A DNA stretch of 64,000 nucleotides, taken from Candidatus Bathyarchaeia archaeon. GTDB taxonomy: Archaea > Thermoproteota > Bathyarchaeia > 40CM-2-53-6. Below, one piece after another: positions 18,206 to 27,526 of this stretch. Every line of letters begins with the position of its first letter. Position 1 is the stretch's first letter. The position numbers were made by a program, and so were the translations under genes. The notes under the pieces are model-generated. The model saw only the letters and a list, made by a program, of their open reading frames with translations, made no database searches and was not told the origin of the DNA. Location: positions 27,626 to 91,625 of the forward strand of contig JBEKGM010000006.1 of the NCBI GenBank assembly GCA_050012795.1, written 5' to 3'.

Positions 18206-20038
18206 ATGAGCGTCGCTAAGCCCACTCTCGATTACGTGCGGACAATCCCCACAACGGCAGAATTCTCGAAGACAATTACAGCCTTCAAGAGGCTACTACG
18301 ATACCACAGACCACACGCTTTATTCTTTGCATCCATCGTTGGATTATCCGCGGCGAAATCCTACTTTTTCACATTGGAACCGTTATACACCGCTGAGATC
18401 ATTGACCAAGTCATTACTCAAGGCAATTACAGTCTCCTAGCGCCCCTAATACTTGACATAGTAATCGTTGTGAGCCTGTATGCTCTGCTGAACTATTTGG
18501 TTACTTACTCGCAAGCTTATACTGCGCAGAAGATCGAGCGAAAAATTAGATCTGATTATTACGCCTCGCTTCAAGAGAAGCCGTTCAAGTTCTACGATTC
18601 GACACAGGTCGGTGACCTCGTTTCTAGGGCTACCATGGATTTGCAGATGCTTGAAATGTTTCTCAACACTTGGGTTGGGACGATCACGTCCGCCATCTTC
18701 ACAACGGCCTTCATGCTCTACATAATGTATACCATCAACCCGGTCATGACGCTAATCGCATTCATCCCAATGGTCTTCACATTTTACTTCAATGCTAAAC
18801 TCTTCACATTAACGATGCCTCTCTTCAGGAAAATGCAGTTGACGCTAGGAAAACTAGGATCGTACATTCAACAAGACATACTTGGAATGAAGGTCGTGCG
18901 TATCTTCAGACGCGAAAGCGAGTTAGAGGACGGATTCAAACAGGTTGAGAGCTTATACGTTGAAACCGCCGTAAACGCGGGAAGGATCCAATCCAAATAC
19001 ATGCCCTCTGCCCCGACAATATTGACCCTTGGCATTACAATGCTGTACCTGTATGGCGGCCATTTGATCGCTTCACCAGGAAACGTGTTAACCATAGGAG
19101 ACCTGACACTATTTGCCAGATACATGCTGAGACTCGCTCAACCGTTACGTGATACTAGCATGCTCATTGGACTCTGGATCAATGCCTCCGCCGGACTCGA
19201 AAGAGTTCACACGGTTATGGATTCCCCACGAGAGGTGGAGGACAGATTCGACGCTAAAGACCTAGTAATCTCGAAGGGGCGCGTCGAATTTGAGAACGTA
19301 ACATTCGGCTACGTTAAGAATAGACCCGTGTTGCGGAACGTAAGCTTCATGACGAACCCCGGGGAGAGAATTGCCATACTAGGGGCAACCGGGTCAGGAA
19401 AGACTTCCCTAGTTTACTTAATCCCCAGATTCTACGATGTCGACTCAGGAAGAATTCTGATCGACGACGTGAAAATCGATCAGTATCGCCTCGCAAGCTT
19501 GCGAAGACAAATCGGCATCGTCATGCAGGACGTCTTCATCTTCAGCGGCACAGTGGCAGATAATATCGCGTTCGGCAAACCAGAAGCATCCAAGGATGAG
19601 ATAATAGAAGCAGCCAAACTAGCAAGACTGCACGATTTCATTACTTCATTGCCAGATGGATATCAGACCCTCATTGGCGAAAGAGGCATAAATCTCTCTG
19701 GAGGTCAAAGACAACGGTTGACCATAGCCAGAGCATTACTAACCGACCCCCGCATCCTGATCCTCGACGATTCACTCTCATTTGTCGATGCAAATACTGA
19801 AAAGGAAATTCAAATAGCAATCGAGGACGCCATGGAAGGCCGAACATGCTTCATCATAGCGCAGAGACTCTCCACTATCAAGAACGCGGACAGAATCATG
19901 GTCCTCGACGATGGCAAGATCATCGAATTTGGAACCCACACCGAACTGCTAGCTCGAGATGGCGTATACAGGCGAATTTACGAAACTCAGTTCTTGCAAA
20001 CCGCTCCCGAATCTGTTCCGAAAATTCAAGTGAAATGA
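18206..20038 (+). CDS. ABC exporter, fused permease/ATPase (half transporter A)
   Basis: Six-TM domain plus an NBD with Walker A GATGSGKTS, signature LSGGQRQR and Walker B ILILDD. Confidence 0.85.
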   Translation: MSVAKPTLDYVRTIPTTAEFSKTITAFKRLLRYHRPHALFFASIVGLSAAKSYFFTLEPLYTAEIIDQVITQGNYSLLAPLILDIVIVVSLYALLNYLVTYSQAYTAQKIERKIRSDYYASLQEKPFKFYDSTQVGDLVSRATMDLQMLEMFLNTWVGTITSAIFTTAFMLYIMYTINPVMTLIAFIPMVFTFYFNAKLFTLTMPLFRKMQLTLGKLGSYIQQDILGMKVVRIFRRESELEDGFKQVESLYVETAVNAGRIQSKYMPSAPTILTLGITMLYLYGGHLIASPGNVLTIGDLTLFARYMLRLAQPLRDTSMLIGLWINASAGLERVHTVMDSPREVEDRFDAKDLVISKGRVEFENVTFGYVKNRPVLRNVSFMTNPGERIAILGATGSGKTSLVYLIPRFYDVDSGRILIDDVKIDQYRLASLRRQIGIVMQDVFIFSGTVADNIAFGKPEASKDEIIEAAKLARLHDFITSLPDGYQTLIGERGINLSGGQRQRLTIARALLTDPRILILDDSLSFVDANTEKEIQIAIEDAMEGRTCFIIAQRLSTIKNADRIMVLDDGKIIEFGTHTELLARDGVYRRIYETQFLQTAPESVPKIQVK

Positions 20039-20039
20039 T

Positions 20040-21914
20040 TTGTCAAGCAGCTACAACGTGTTCTCGACAAAATATGAGGAATCTAGAAAACGGAAAACCG
20101 CTGACCGACTCATTGCCCGCAAGGTCTACAGGTACGCCAAGAATTATAGAAGGAATCTTGCGACCGGAGTTACGGCAATCGTCCTTGGCACGCTGACGGG
20201 GCTAGTGTCTCCGTATCTGCATGCAATCGCAATCGACGACATAATTCTCCCCGGTAAGCTTTCGAACTTCATCTGGTGGGTTCCTGTCTTCGTCATAGTT
20301 ACGGTCGCTAATTACCTGCTTCAGTACGTACAGGTCTATCAGATGCGAATTGTTGGCGAAAATGTAGTAGCCAAAATGCGAGATGACATGATGGCTAGGC
20401 AACAGATTATCTCCTTACGGTATTTCTCCGAAGGCGAAACTGGACGAATTATGTCGCGACTGATCAACGACGCAAACACGGTGCGAATATTCATTCGGCA
20501 AGGGTTGACGCAGATACTAGTAGACACAACCTCCATTCTCGGCTCATTAATCGTGGTCTTTCTGCTGAACGCGAAATTAGCAACGATAGCTGTGGCTATT
20601 CTCCCTTTTGCGGTAGTTGTGGGATGGTTCCTTGGATCATACTCACGAAGGGCCTATCGAAGATCACTCGCAGCTCTTGCTGGTTTGACAGGCCGGATAC
20701 AGGAAGACCTTGCAGGAATTAGAGTCATAAAATCGTTTGTTCACGAAAAGAAGGCTGCATCTCAATTTGAACGCGCCCAAGATAAGACAGTGGCAGCGAA
20801 CCTTCGAGCAGTGAAAATTTCAACACTATACGCACCCACCGTGATGCTTATGCGAATTGTCGGCACGGCGCTAATCCTCTGGTTCGGCGCTCTCATGATC
20901 AGATCGGGCGAGTTGACAATAGGCGTGTTGGTCGCATTCATAGAATACCAATTCGAATACTTCGTACCCCTCGTGGACTTAACAACCGTTTACGACCAAT
21001 ATCAATCCGCTATGGCGGGCTTGGAGAGAATGTTTGACCTAGTCGAAACAAACGTGGAAGTTGCGGAGCCAGAAATCGGTGAACAAATTGCGATCCCCAC
21101 GATAGAAACAGTCACATTCGACAACGTCACCTTCGGGTATGACCCAACCAGCCCGGTCATCCACAACATCAGCTTCAAGTTGGAAAAGAACAAGCGACTG
21201 GCCATCGTCGGACCAACAGGAGCCGGCAAGAGCACGATCATCAACTTACTATCACGATTCTACAATCCAACAGCGGGAAGAATAATCGTAAACGGAGTTG
21301 ACGTAAAGAAGATCTCCATTGCTTCATTGCGTGAAAAGATCAGCGTAGTCTTACAAGACTCATTCCTGTTCCCAATGAGCGTGAAGGACAATATCAGATT
21401 TGGCAAACCCGAAGCTTCAGATGAAGAGATTGTGAAAGCTGCTAAGACCGTGGGCGCTCACGAATTCATAATGAAACTGCCAGGAGGATACGACCATATC
21501 ATTGAGGAAGGATCAGCGAACATCTCCATAGGACAAAGGCAACTGATAAGCTTCGCAAGAAGCCTCCTGATGAACCCACGACTCCTAATCCTAGACGAAG
21601 CCACATCAAGCATTGACCCCTACACGGAACTAGTAGTCCAAAGGGCATTGACCAAACTACTCGAGAACAGAATGGCCATAATCATTGCCCATAGACTCTC
21701 AACCGTACAACTTTGTGACGAGATCATCGTCATCGATAACGGGGTAATAGTGGAACGAGGATCACACAAGGACCTGATGAAAATGGACGGATTGTACAGC
21801 GCATTCTACAGAATGCAATTCAGAGAAGAAAAGGGCTTGGAAGTTCAAGAAGAAACCCCGATTCTCCCCATAGTCAACGAGATAGAAGCCGCGAACCTGC
21901 CAAAAGACGATTAG
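20040..21914 (+). CDS. ABC exporter, fused permease/ATPase (half transporter B)
   Basis: TTG start 2 nt after the upstream stop. Walker A GPTGAGKST, degenerate signature ISIGQRQL and Walker B LLILDEATS. This suggests a heterodimer with one degenerate site. Confidence 0.85.
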   Translation: MSSSYNVFSTKYEESRKRKTADRLIARKVYRYAKNYRRNLATGVTAIVLGTLTGLVSPYLHAIAIDDIILPGKLSNFIWWVPVFVIVTVANYLLQYVQVYQMRIVGENVVAKMRDDMMARQQIISLRYFSEGETGRIMSRLINDANTVRIFIRQGLTQILVDTTSILGSLIVVFLLNAKLATIAVAILPFAVVVGWFLGSYSRRAYRRSLAALAGLTGRIQEDLAGIRVIKSFVHEKKAASQFERAQDKTVAANLRAVKISTLYAPTVMLMRIVGTALILWFGALMIRSGELTIGVLVAFIEYQFEYFVPLVDLTTVYDQYQSAMAGLERMFDLVETNVEVAEPEIGEQIAIPTIETVTFDNVTFGYDPTSPVIHNISFKLEKNKRLAIVGPTGAGKSTIINLLSRFYNPTAGRIIVNGVDVKKISIASLREKISVVLQDSFLFPMSVKDNIRFGKPEASDEEIVKAAKTVGAHEFIMKLPGGYDHIIEEGSANISIGQRQLISFARSLLMNPRLLILDEATSSIDPYTELVVQRALTKLLENRMAIIIAHRLSTVQLCDEIIVIDNGVIVERGSHKDLMKMDGLYSAFYRMQFREEKGLEVQEETPILPIVNEIEAANLPKDD

Positions 21915-21933
21915 TCTCGCCGAGACGAAGCAG

Positions 21934-23151
21934 CTAACTTAGACGACTCCTACGCCAAGACTGAATCATCGTAAGGAAATTATCCCAGTTCGTGTCCTCA
22001 TACAGCGTGTCTATTGCTCCGAGAATGAATCCGCTCTTGGGCGCGAGGATTCTGATCGAGTCCTCCACCGCCTTCGTGACCCCCTGTTTGCTTCCGGTGA
22101 GTGTGACCGCGGAGTTGACGCCTCCCCAGATGCAGATCTGATCACCAATTACTCCTTTGATTTCCTTCAAATCCGCGTTGCCTTGCACTGGGTCGACTCC
22201 GTACAGTATGTCGACACCCATTTCTTTGAAAATATTCAAGAAGGGTTTGAATCCTGTCGTCATTATGTAGCAATACTTTGCACCTGCACGATGAGCGAGG
22301 TCCACCTCCTTCTTTATCCTTGGGGCGAGAAATGTTCTGTAGAGTTTTGGTGACCAGTAATATTCGTACCAGCCCCGATGCACGACCATATCGCAACCTC
22401 CGAATTGCGTAATCAACCGGATGGATTGCAAGCTCCAGGTTGAGATCACGTCAAGCAATCTGTGTAATAATTCAGGGTTCCTAGCTGCCATGATGATCGA
22501 GTTCTCTAATCCACAAAGCCAGCCTAGTGCATCACCCAGGAAGATGCTGTCGCCATCAATCCACTCAGGGCTAGCTAACGTGTCTCCGCATTCGACGAGA
22601 ACTTTGTTCTTCCTCGCGAAGTCTGTGACTTGCGTCACATGCTCTTCAAACCTGCGAAGCTGAACCTCGTTAAGTTCTGAGAAAAGGCAGGACAACGCTT
22701 CAACATCGTCTATTGTCTCCACTAGGTACTTTTTCGACCTGCCTCTTGGAACCACGTAATCAGTGAATATGGGGATGTTATCTCCATGAGGCCAGTCGGC
22801 GGTTTGGCGTACAATTTGTTTGAGCGTACCTTTAGGCGTCTTATATTCCTGGAACAGGAAAGCTTGTGATTCTCCTGGCAACACTTCTTTCCGACGCGTG
22901 ATCTCAACTTCTGAGGAGAAGGATCTTGGAATATCGAACCCTACGGTGTCGTCTAGTCCTAATCTGGTAGTCTTTGTTACTCGTTCAAACTGGTCTCTCC
23001 ATCCGTCTTTTTGGTTGGATAAGAATCGACGTTGCCAAAATTTCTGGCAGAATGGAACATGATCTGTTTCCGAATGATTGATTGCGGATAAGAGCCTCTC
23101 CTTCGACGAGAGATTATCAGTCATTCGCTGGCCCCGTGGTTGGCAATTCAC
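21934..23151 (-). CDS. Uroporphyrinogen-decarboxylase (URO-D) family protein, function unknown
   Basis: 405 aa with a URO-D/MtaA-like N-terminus (SSKERLLSAINHSETDHVPF) and overall pattern. Last gene of the SBP1-led minus-strand gene string. Confidence 0.55.
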   Translation of the reverse strand: MNCQPRGQRMTDNLSSKERLLSAINHSETDHVPFCQKFWQRRFLSNQKDGWRDQFERVTKTTRLGLDDTVGFDIPRSFSSEVEITRRKEVLPGESQAFLFQEYKTPKGTLKQIVRQTADWPHGDNIPIFTDYVVPRGRSKKYLVETIDDVEALSCLFSELNEVQLRRFEEHVTQVTDFARKNKVLVECGDTLASPEWIDGDSIFLGDALGWLCGLENSIIMAARNPELLHRLLDVISTWSLQSIRLITQFGGCDMVVHRGWYEYYWSPKLYRTFLAPRIKKEVDLAHRAGAKYCYIMTTGFKPFLNIFKEMGVDILYGVDPVQGNADLKEIKGVIGDQICIWGGVNSAVTLTGSKQGVTKAVEDSIRILAPKSGFILGAIDTLYEDTNWDNFLTMIQSWRRSRLS

Positions 23152-23171
23152 ATTTGGAAGGTGGAGCTTCC

Positions 23172-23987
23172 TTAAATTCCGAAGACGCTTCTGAGTGATT
23201 CACGTCCGGTCGCGGCGACTTTCTCTGGTTCCTCTTCCCAATATGAGGGTCTCAGCAATTCAAGGCTCAGAAAACCGTCATAGTGTAACCTAGCTAGGTC
23301 GGTCGCAAGCTGTTTGAGATCAATCACTCCTTCTCCCGGGTAGAGGCGATTCACGTCACGCAAGATGGATCGATCGCCGGGTTCGGAGTCATTCACATGA
23401 ACTATGAAGATTCTATCTCTGTCGGTCTGATTCATCTCACTCAATTGTGATCCGCTTAGGTAAAGATGAAATGAATCAAGCACTAGACCAACATTCTTCC
23501 TATTCACAGTCTTTACTATCTCTACAGCATCTCTCAGGTTGTTCACGCTACACTCTTTCATTCCCAAGAATTCCAGGCCAAGGTTGATGTCTTCACCGCA
23601 GGCATCGGCCAGTTGGGCGAGGGATTCTGCGGTCTTAGCATGTACCTCATCAGCGGTCATTCCGTTTTGCGTTGGCGACGGAACTGGTTCCAAGAGGTTG
23701 CAGTCTAATTCTCGGGCGGCCTGTGCGAGTTTTCGGGTGCGTTCGCAGATTTCTGAGAACTGGTCTTTGTTGAGTAGGTTGAAGTTTTCCGGGCCCATAA
23801 TGCTTGCGACTGTAAGCTCATTTGCTTTTATCTGGTCGGCCAAAGCTTTCAGCGAGTTGCGAGCGATTAGCGGTTCCACTTTGTCTTGTGCTAGTTCGAC
23901 TGCTACGTATCCCGTCTTCTTGGCGATTGGGATGAAGGACTCTGTAACAGTGCTCTTAAGAGTGTCCTGGTTGAGGCACGGTTTCAT
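23172..23987 (-). CDS. Xylose-isomerase-like TIM-barrel protein (sugar phosphate isomerase/epimerase family)
   Basis: 271 aa with the family pattern ...GYVAVEL..., LVLDSFHLYLSG and IFIVHVNDS...PGEGVIDL. Confidence 0.75.
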   Translation of the reverse strand: MKPCLNQDTLKSTVTESFIPIAKKTGYVAVELAQDKVEPLIARNSLKALADQIKANELTVASIMGPENFNLLNKDQFSEICERTRKLAQAARELDCNLLEPVPSPTQNGMTADEVHAKTAESLAQLADACGEDINLGLEFLGMKECSVNNLRDAVEIVKTVNRKNVGLVLDSFHLYLSGSQLSEMNQTDRDRIFIVHVNDSEPGDRSILRDVNRLYPGEGVIDLKQLATDLARLHYDGFLSLELLRPSYWEEEPEKVAATGRESLRSVFGI

Positions 23988-23996
23988 TTGGGTCGA

Positions 23997-24989
23997 TCAA
24001 CTCCTCAACGGCAGTTGGACTGGTTTTCCAGTCTGGTTCGCTCTGTAGCATGCTTCGATTATCTCGATTGTCTTGTAGCCGTCTTCGACTGTCACGGGCG
24101 GATTCTTCTTACTGACCAACGCGTCGACGAACAGTTGGTCCTCTTCTTCTACACCCCATGTACTAGTCATGGGGAGGTAGTGGAATTCTTCGGTTTGAGT
24201 TGGCAGGTCTAGGCCCAGCGTGTAGCTGATGCGATTCAGCTCCTCAGTAATTGCGCAGCAATGATCGCCAATCACTTCAACTCGTTCGAACGGAATTATC
24301 CATGAGGCGTGTCCTGAAGAGAAGATGGGAACTTCTAAGCCGGACTGATGCTTCAGCGTTATCCAGAAATCGTTGAGCATGGCGGGGTATACGTTTGCTT
24401 CAGCTCGGCATCTCACTTCTGCGACTTCGCCGAATAGCCATCTCGCCATGTCCAGCATGTGAAGTGTTGTGTCGTATAGGTGGCCTCCAGAAATCTTGGG
24501 GTCAGCGCCCCACGCAGGACGTTGTAGCTCTCCGGTGACCATTTTAATTATTACCATGTACGGCTTGATCCTGGATGAGATCAATTCTTTTAGTTTCTTA
24601 TAGACGGGCGAGAAGCGGCGGTTATGTCCAACTTGAAACACAACCCCAGTCGTCTTCACCATATCCACCAATTCTCGGGCATGATCTAGGTTGATTACCA
24701 TGGGTTTTTCGCAGAAGATGTTGAGCCGCTTCGATAGCGCGTAGTTCAGAGTCTCGTAGTGGTAAACATTCGGGGTTACCAAGTATATTGCGTCGAGCTG
24801 TTCCGTATCGATAAGGTCGTGGTAATCCTTGTACTTCGCGCAATTGTACCTCTTAGAAGTATATTCTGCAATTGATTCCACTACGTCTGCCACACCCGCG
24901 ATTCGGACCCGTTTGTCTCTGGAGAGGACTGACAAGTGGTTTTGGGCTTGTGAACCAAGCCCTATGACTCCTACGTTTAATGTCAACAT
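23997..24989 (-). CDS. Gfo/Idh/MocA family NAD(P)-dependent oxidoreductase
   Basis: N-terminal Rossmann segment (LNVGVIGLGSQAQNH) and the EKP motif (IFCEKPM). Confidence 0.8.
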   Translation of the reverse strand: MLTLNVGVIGLGSQAQNHLSVLSRDKRVRIAGVADVVESIAEYTSKRYNCAKYKDYHDLIDTEQLDAIYLVTPNVYHYETLNYALSKRLNIFCEKPMVINLDHARELVDMVKTTGVVFQVGHNRRFSPVYKKLKELISSRIKPYMVIIKMVTGELQRPAWGADPKISGGHLYDTTLHMLDMARWLFGEVAEVRCRAEANVYPAMLNDFWITLKHQSGLEVPIFSSGHASWIIPFERVEVIGDHCCAITEELNRISYTLGLDLPTQTEEFHYLPMTSTWGVEEEDQLFVDALVSKKNPPVTVEDGYKTIEIIEACYRANQTGKPVQLPLRS

Positions 24990-25170
24990 TTAGCCACCGT
25001 TAGAATGCTCAGACGCAGAAGAGATTATGATATAACTTGTGTCTCTGGTTCTCCACTATGCCGTTTTCGGCTCATGACGAATTGAATTCTTTCTCGATTC
25101 TTCCTCGTGAATTCACGCGCGGCTAGCTCAACTTTAGGGGGACCTCACACGAAAATGATTCCCAGGCCAG

Positions 25171-26337
25171 TTAATATGCCAAATTTTCCTTCATGATTCT
25201 CGCGTATTCTCTGTACTGGTCTAATGGGATGTTTGTTGGGACGTCGTGATCCAGTCCTGGGATGTAGCCTCCCATCTCCTTGAGTATTGGCACCTTCGAT
25301 TCAACCTCCTGTCTCACCACGTGTTCTCCTTGATCCAGTTTCGCCTTGTCCAAGTTCCCGACGAGAAACAGTTTAGTTCCGTACTTCTTTCTCAGGGTTA
25401 GAGCGTCCATTCCTGCATTAACTTCAAGGGGCCAGTGGCCGGTGATTCCTGCTTCGACTGCTAGGTCAAGGATAGCATTAGTGTTTCCGTCGCTGTCCAT
25501 CATTATTCTATCTATCTTATTCTTCTTGAGAAAGCTCGTGACCTTTTTGTAGTGAGGAAGGAGAAATTCCTTGTAGAGTTTAGGCGAAATATTTGGCCCA
25601 TGCCTTTCTGCGAGGTCTTCCCACCAGAATACTGCGTCAATCTTGTCTTTCAGTGACTCGATGGCGTCCCGATAGGTCGCTATTGTGAAGTATTCCCAGT
25701 ACTCTGCCATCCGCTGGATGAGTTCAGGGTTCCTGTAGAACATTTCAACGAACGTTGGTATGCCCATTAGTTGGGCTCCGAAACCGTAGAAACCGCTCAT
25801 GGCTAGCGAAGTGTATCCATCTTGATATTCTTCTAAGGCAAACAGGTAGTCATCTTTCTGCCAGTCTTTTGGGTATCTGGCAGGTGTATTAGGGTTCAGG
25901 AGTTTTGTGTATGCCTCCCAACTTTGCCGATCCTTTACTGGAAATTCCAGGAAACGGGGCATGCTGTAAGTTGGATTTTCTACCGTGATGTTCTTCCTGA
26001 CGATCTGACCGGCCCCATTTCGGTAGTCAACATAGCCTGAAGCTCGATTCAGGATCCTTGACTTGAATCTGGGTATCGGCCCGCAGTCTATGGTCAGGAT
26101 TAGGCCCTCTGCTGCCACGCTGCCGAAGTACGAGTGAAGGTTGAAACCCGCAAGCGTTGGTCCTTGAAGAAGAAGGCCCTGTGGCAGGTTTGTGTCCTCA
26201 ACTATTGCCACCTTATCGATAGGCAAGCCTTCTCTAAGCCACCTGATGATAATCCCGTCATTGTACGATTCCATCCAGGGCAGCATGTCGGGTTTCCTGA
26301 AGTTCATGACGGCCTTCACCCTCTCTCTGGCTGTCAT
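25171..26337 (-). CDS. Uroporphyrinogen-decarboxylase (URO-D) family protein, function unknown
   Basis: 388 aa. N-terminus MTARERVKAVMNFRKPDMLPW and ISPKLYKEFLLPHYKKV resemble the URO-D/MtaA family. The protein has only one Cys, so an MtaA-type His/Cys/Cys zinc site is impossible. Confidence 0.55.
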   Translation of the reverse strand: MTARERVKAVMNFRKPDMLPWMESYNDGIIIRWLREGLPIDKVAIVEDTNLPQGLLLQGPTLAGFNLHSYFGSVAAEGLILTIDCGPIPRFKSRILNRASGYVDYRNGAGQIVRKNITVENPTYSMPRFLEFPVKDRQSWEAYTKLLNPNTPARYPKDWQKDDYLFALEEYQDGYTSLAMSGFYGFGAQLMGIPTFVEMFYRNPELIQRMAEYWEYFTIATYRDAIESLKDKIDAVFWWEDLAERHGPNISPKLYKEFLLPHYKKVTSFLKKNKIDRIMMDSDGNTNAILDLAVEAGITGHWPLEVNAGMDALTLRKKYGTKLFLVGNLDKAKLDQGEHVVRQEVESKVPILKEMGGYIPGLDHDVPTNIPLDQYREYARIMKENLAY

Positions 26338-26401
26338 GTCCGTCTCTTCTCGTTCACTTCGCTCAAGAGATCGTGTTACAACCTGTCCGTTCGGTTCAGG
26401 A

Positions 26402-27418
26402 TCATTTCGTCTTCATTTCGTGATGAATTGTTATTGCTCGCTTTTTCTCAGCAGATTCACGCGCTGCTAACGCAACCTGAAGGGCGGCATGACCTTCTTC
26501 AACCGAGACAGGTGAATTTCCACCTTTTGAGACATAGTCACAGAATCCCTGGATTTCGCTTCTGTAGGCTTCCGCGAACCTTTCGATGAACCATGGACAC
26601 GGCTGCTTCGTGGCCCCCTGTCCTCTCCAGAGTTCCATCGACTCCTTTCTCAGATTATCAACATGGACCGCACCCTGGTCGCCCAGAACTTCGGTTCTTA
26701 GGTCGTACCCGTATCTAGAAGTCCGGCTTCCCTCAACGACGCCCAAACCGCCGTTTCTAAATCTCAAGACGGCGACGGCATTGTCAAAGTCGCCATATTT
26801 CGCGAACTGAGGATAAACTAGTGTTGTTCCCGTCGCCCAGACCTGCTCCACTTCACTGTTCATGAACCAGAGTGCTATGTCGATGTCGTGTATGCATTCA
26901 TCTACGAAAATGCCTCCGCTTCGTCGAATATACTCCTCTGGAGGAGGCTGTGGGTCGCGCGCGCAAGTTTTGACCAAGATCGGTTTGCCGATCCTGCCCT
27001 TCGCAATCATCTTCTTCGCCTTGCTGTATCCTAAATCAAACCGTCTGTTGAAACCAAGTTGGAACTTGACTCGAGATCGTCGGACTGCTGAAACAATCTT
27101 ATCTGCCTGATTCAAATTGAGTGCTATCGGTTTTTCAAGGAGCATAGGTACATTTCTCTCAGAAGCTAATTCTACATGTTCCGTATGCATTTGGGTGGGC
27201 GTCGCGATAACTACACCGTCCAGTGATTCCTCTCTCAGCATCTTGATTGGGGTCTCATACATGCGGCATTCCAATTTTTTCGCTGTGGCGCTTGCTAACT
27301 TCTTTATCGGATCAGCAACAGCGATCAACTCAGCTTTCTCTGTGCTTGCGCGGATGTTGGCTGCATGTAAGTATCCAATACGTCCCACTCCCCAGACTCC
27401 AATTCCAAGCCGTCTCAA
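26402..27418 (-). CDS. Gfo/Idh/MocA family oxidoreductase (inositol-2-dehydrogenase-like)
   Basis: LGIGVWGVGRIGYLHA Rossmann segment and LLEKPIA motif. 338 aa. Confidence 0.8.
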   Translation of the reverse strand: MRRLGIGVWGVGRIGYLHAANIRASTEKAELIAVADPIKKLASATAKKLECRMYETPIKMLREESLDGVVIATPTQMHTEHVELASERNVPMLLEKPIALNLNQADKIVSAVRRSRVKFQLGFNRRFDLGYSKAKKMIAKGRIGKPILVKTCARDPQPPPEEYIRRSGGIFVDECIHDIDIALWFMNSEVEQVWATGTTLVYPQFAKYGDFDNAVAVLRFRNGGLGVVEGSRTSRYGYDLRTEVLGDQGAVHVDNLRKESMELWRGQGATKQPCPWFIERFAEAYRSEIQGFCDYVSKGGNSPVSVEEGHAALQVALAARESAEKKRAITIHHEMKTK

Positions 27419-27494
27419 TCTATGACGCCACCGAAGGTGTGAACTGAGGACATGAGATAAGTTAAGGACTACTGATGTTACGCCAATCTACGAC

Positions 27495-27526
27495 AGAAAA
27501 ATGGCTAGGAGTGACCGATCCTAGCC
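27495..27526 (-). terminator. Stem-loop plus T-tract overlapping the SBP1 stop codon
   Basis: GGCTAGGA (27503-27510) pairs with TCCTAGCC (27519-27526) across an 8-nt loop. On the coding (minus) strand it is followed by ATTTTTCTG. Confidence 0.4.

Noticed and set aside
21934-26337. Annotating the two URO-D-family proteins as MtaA/MtbA-type methylcobamide methyltransferases that complete the corrinoid systems.
   Set aside because: The 25171-26337 protein has only one cysteine, and neither protein shows the His-x-Cys motif where it is expected. They are kept as URO-D-family proteins of unknown function.
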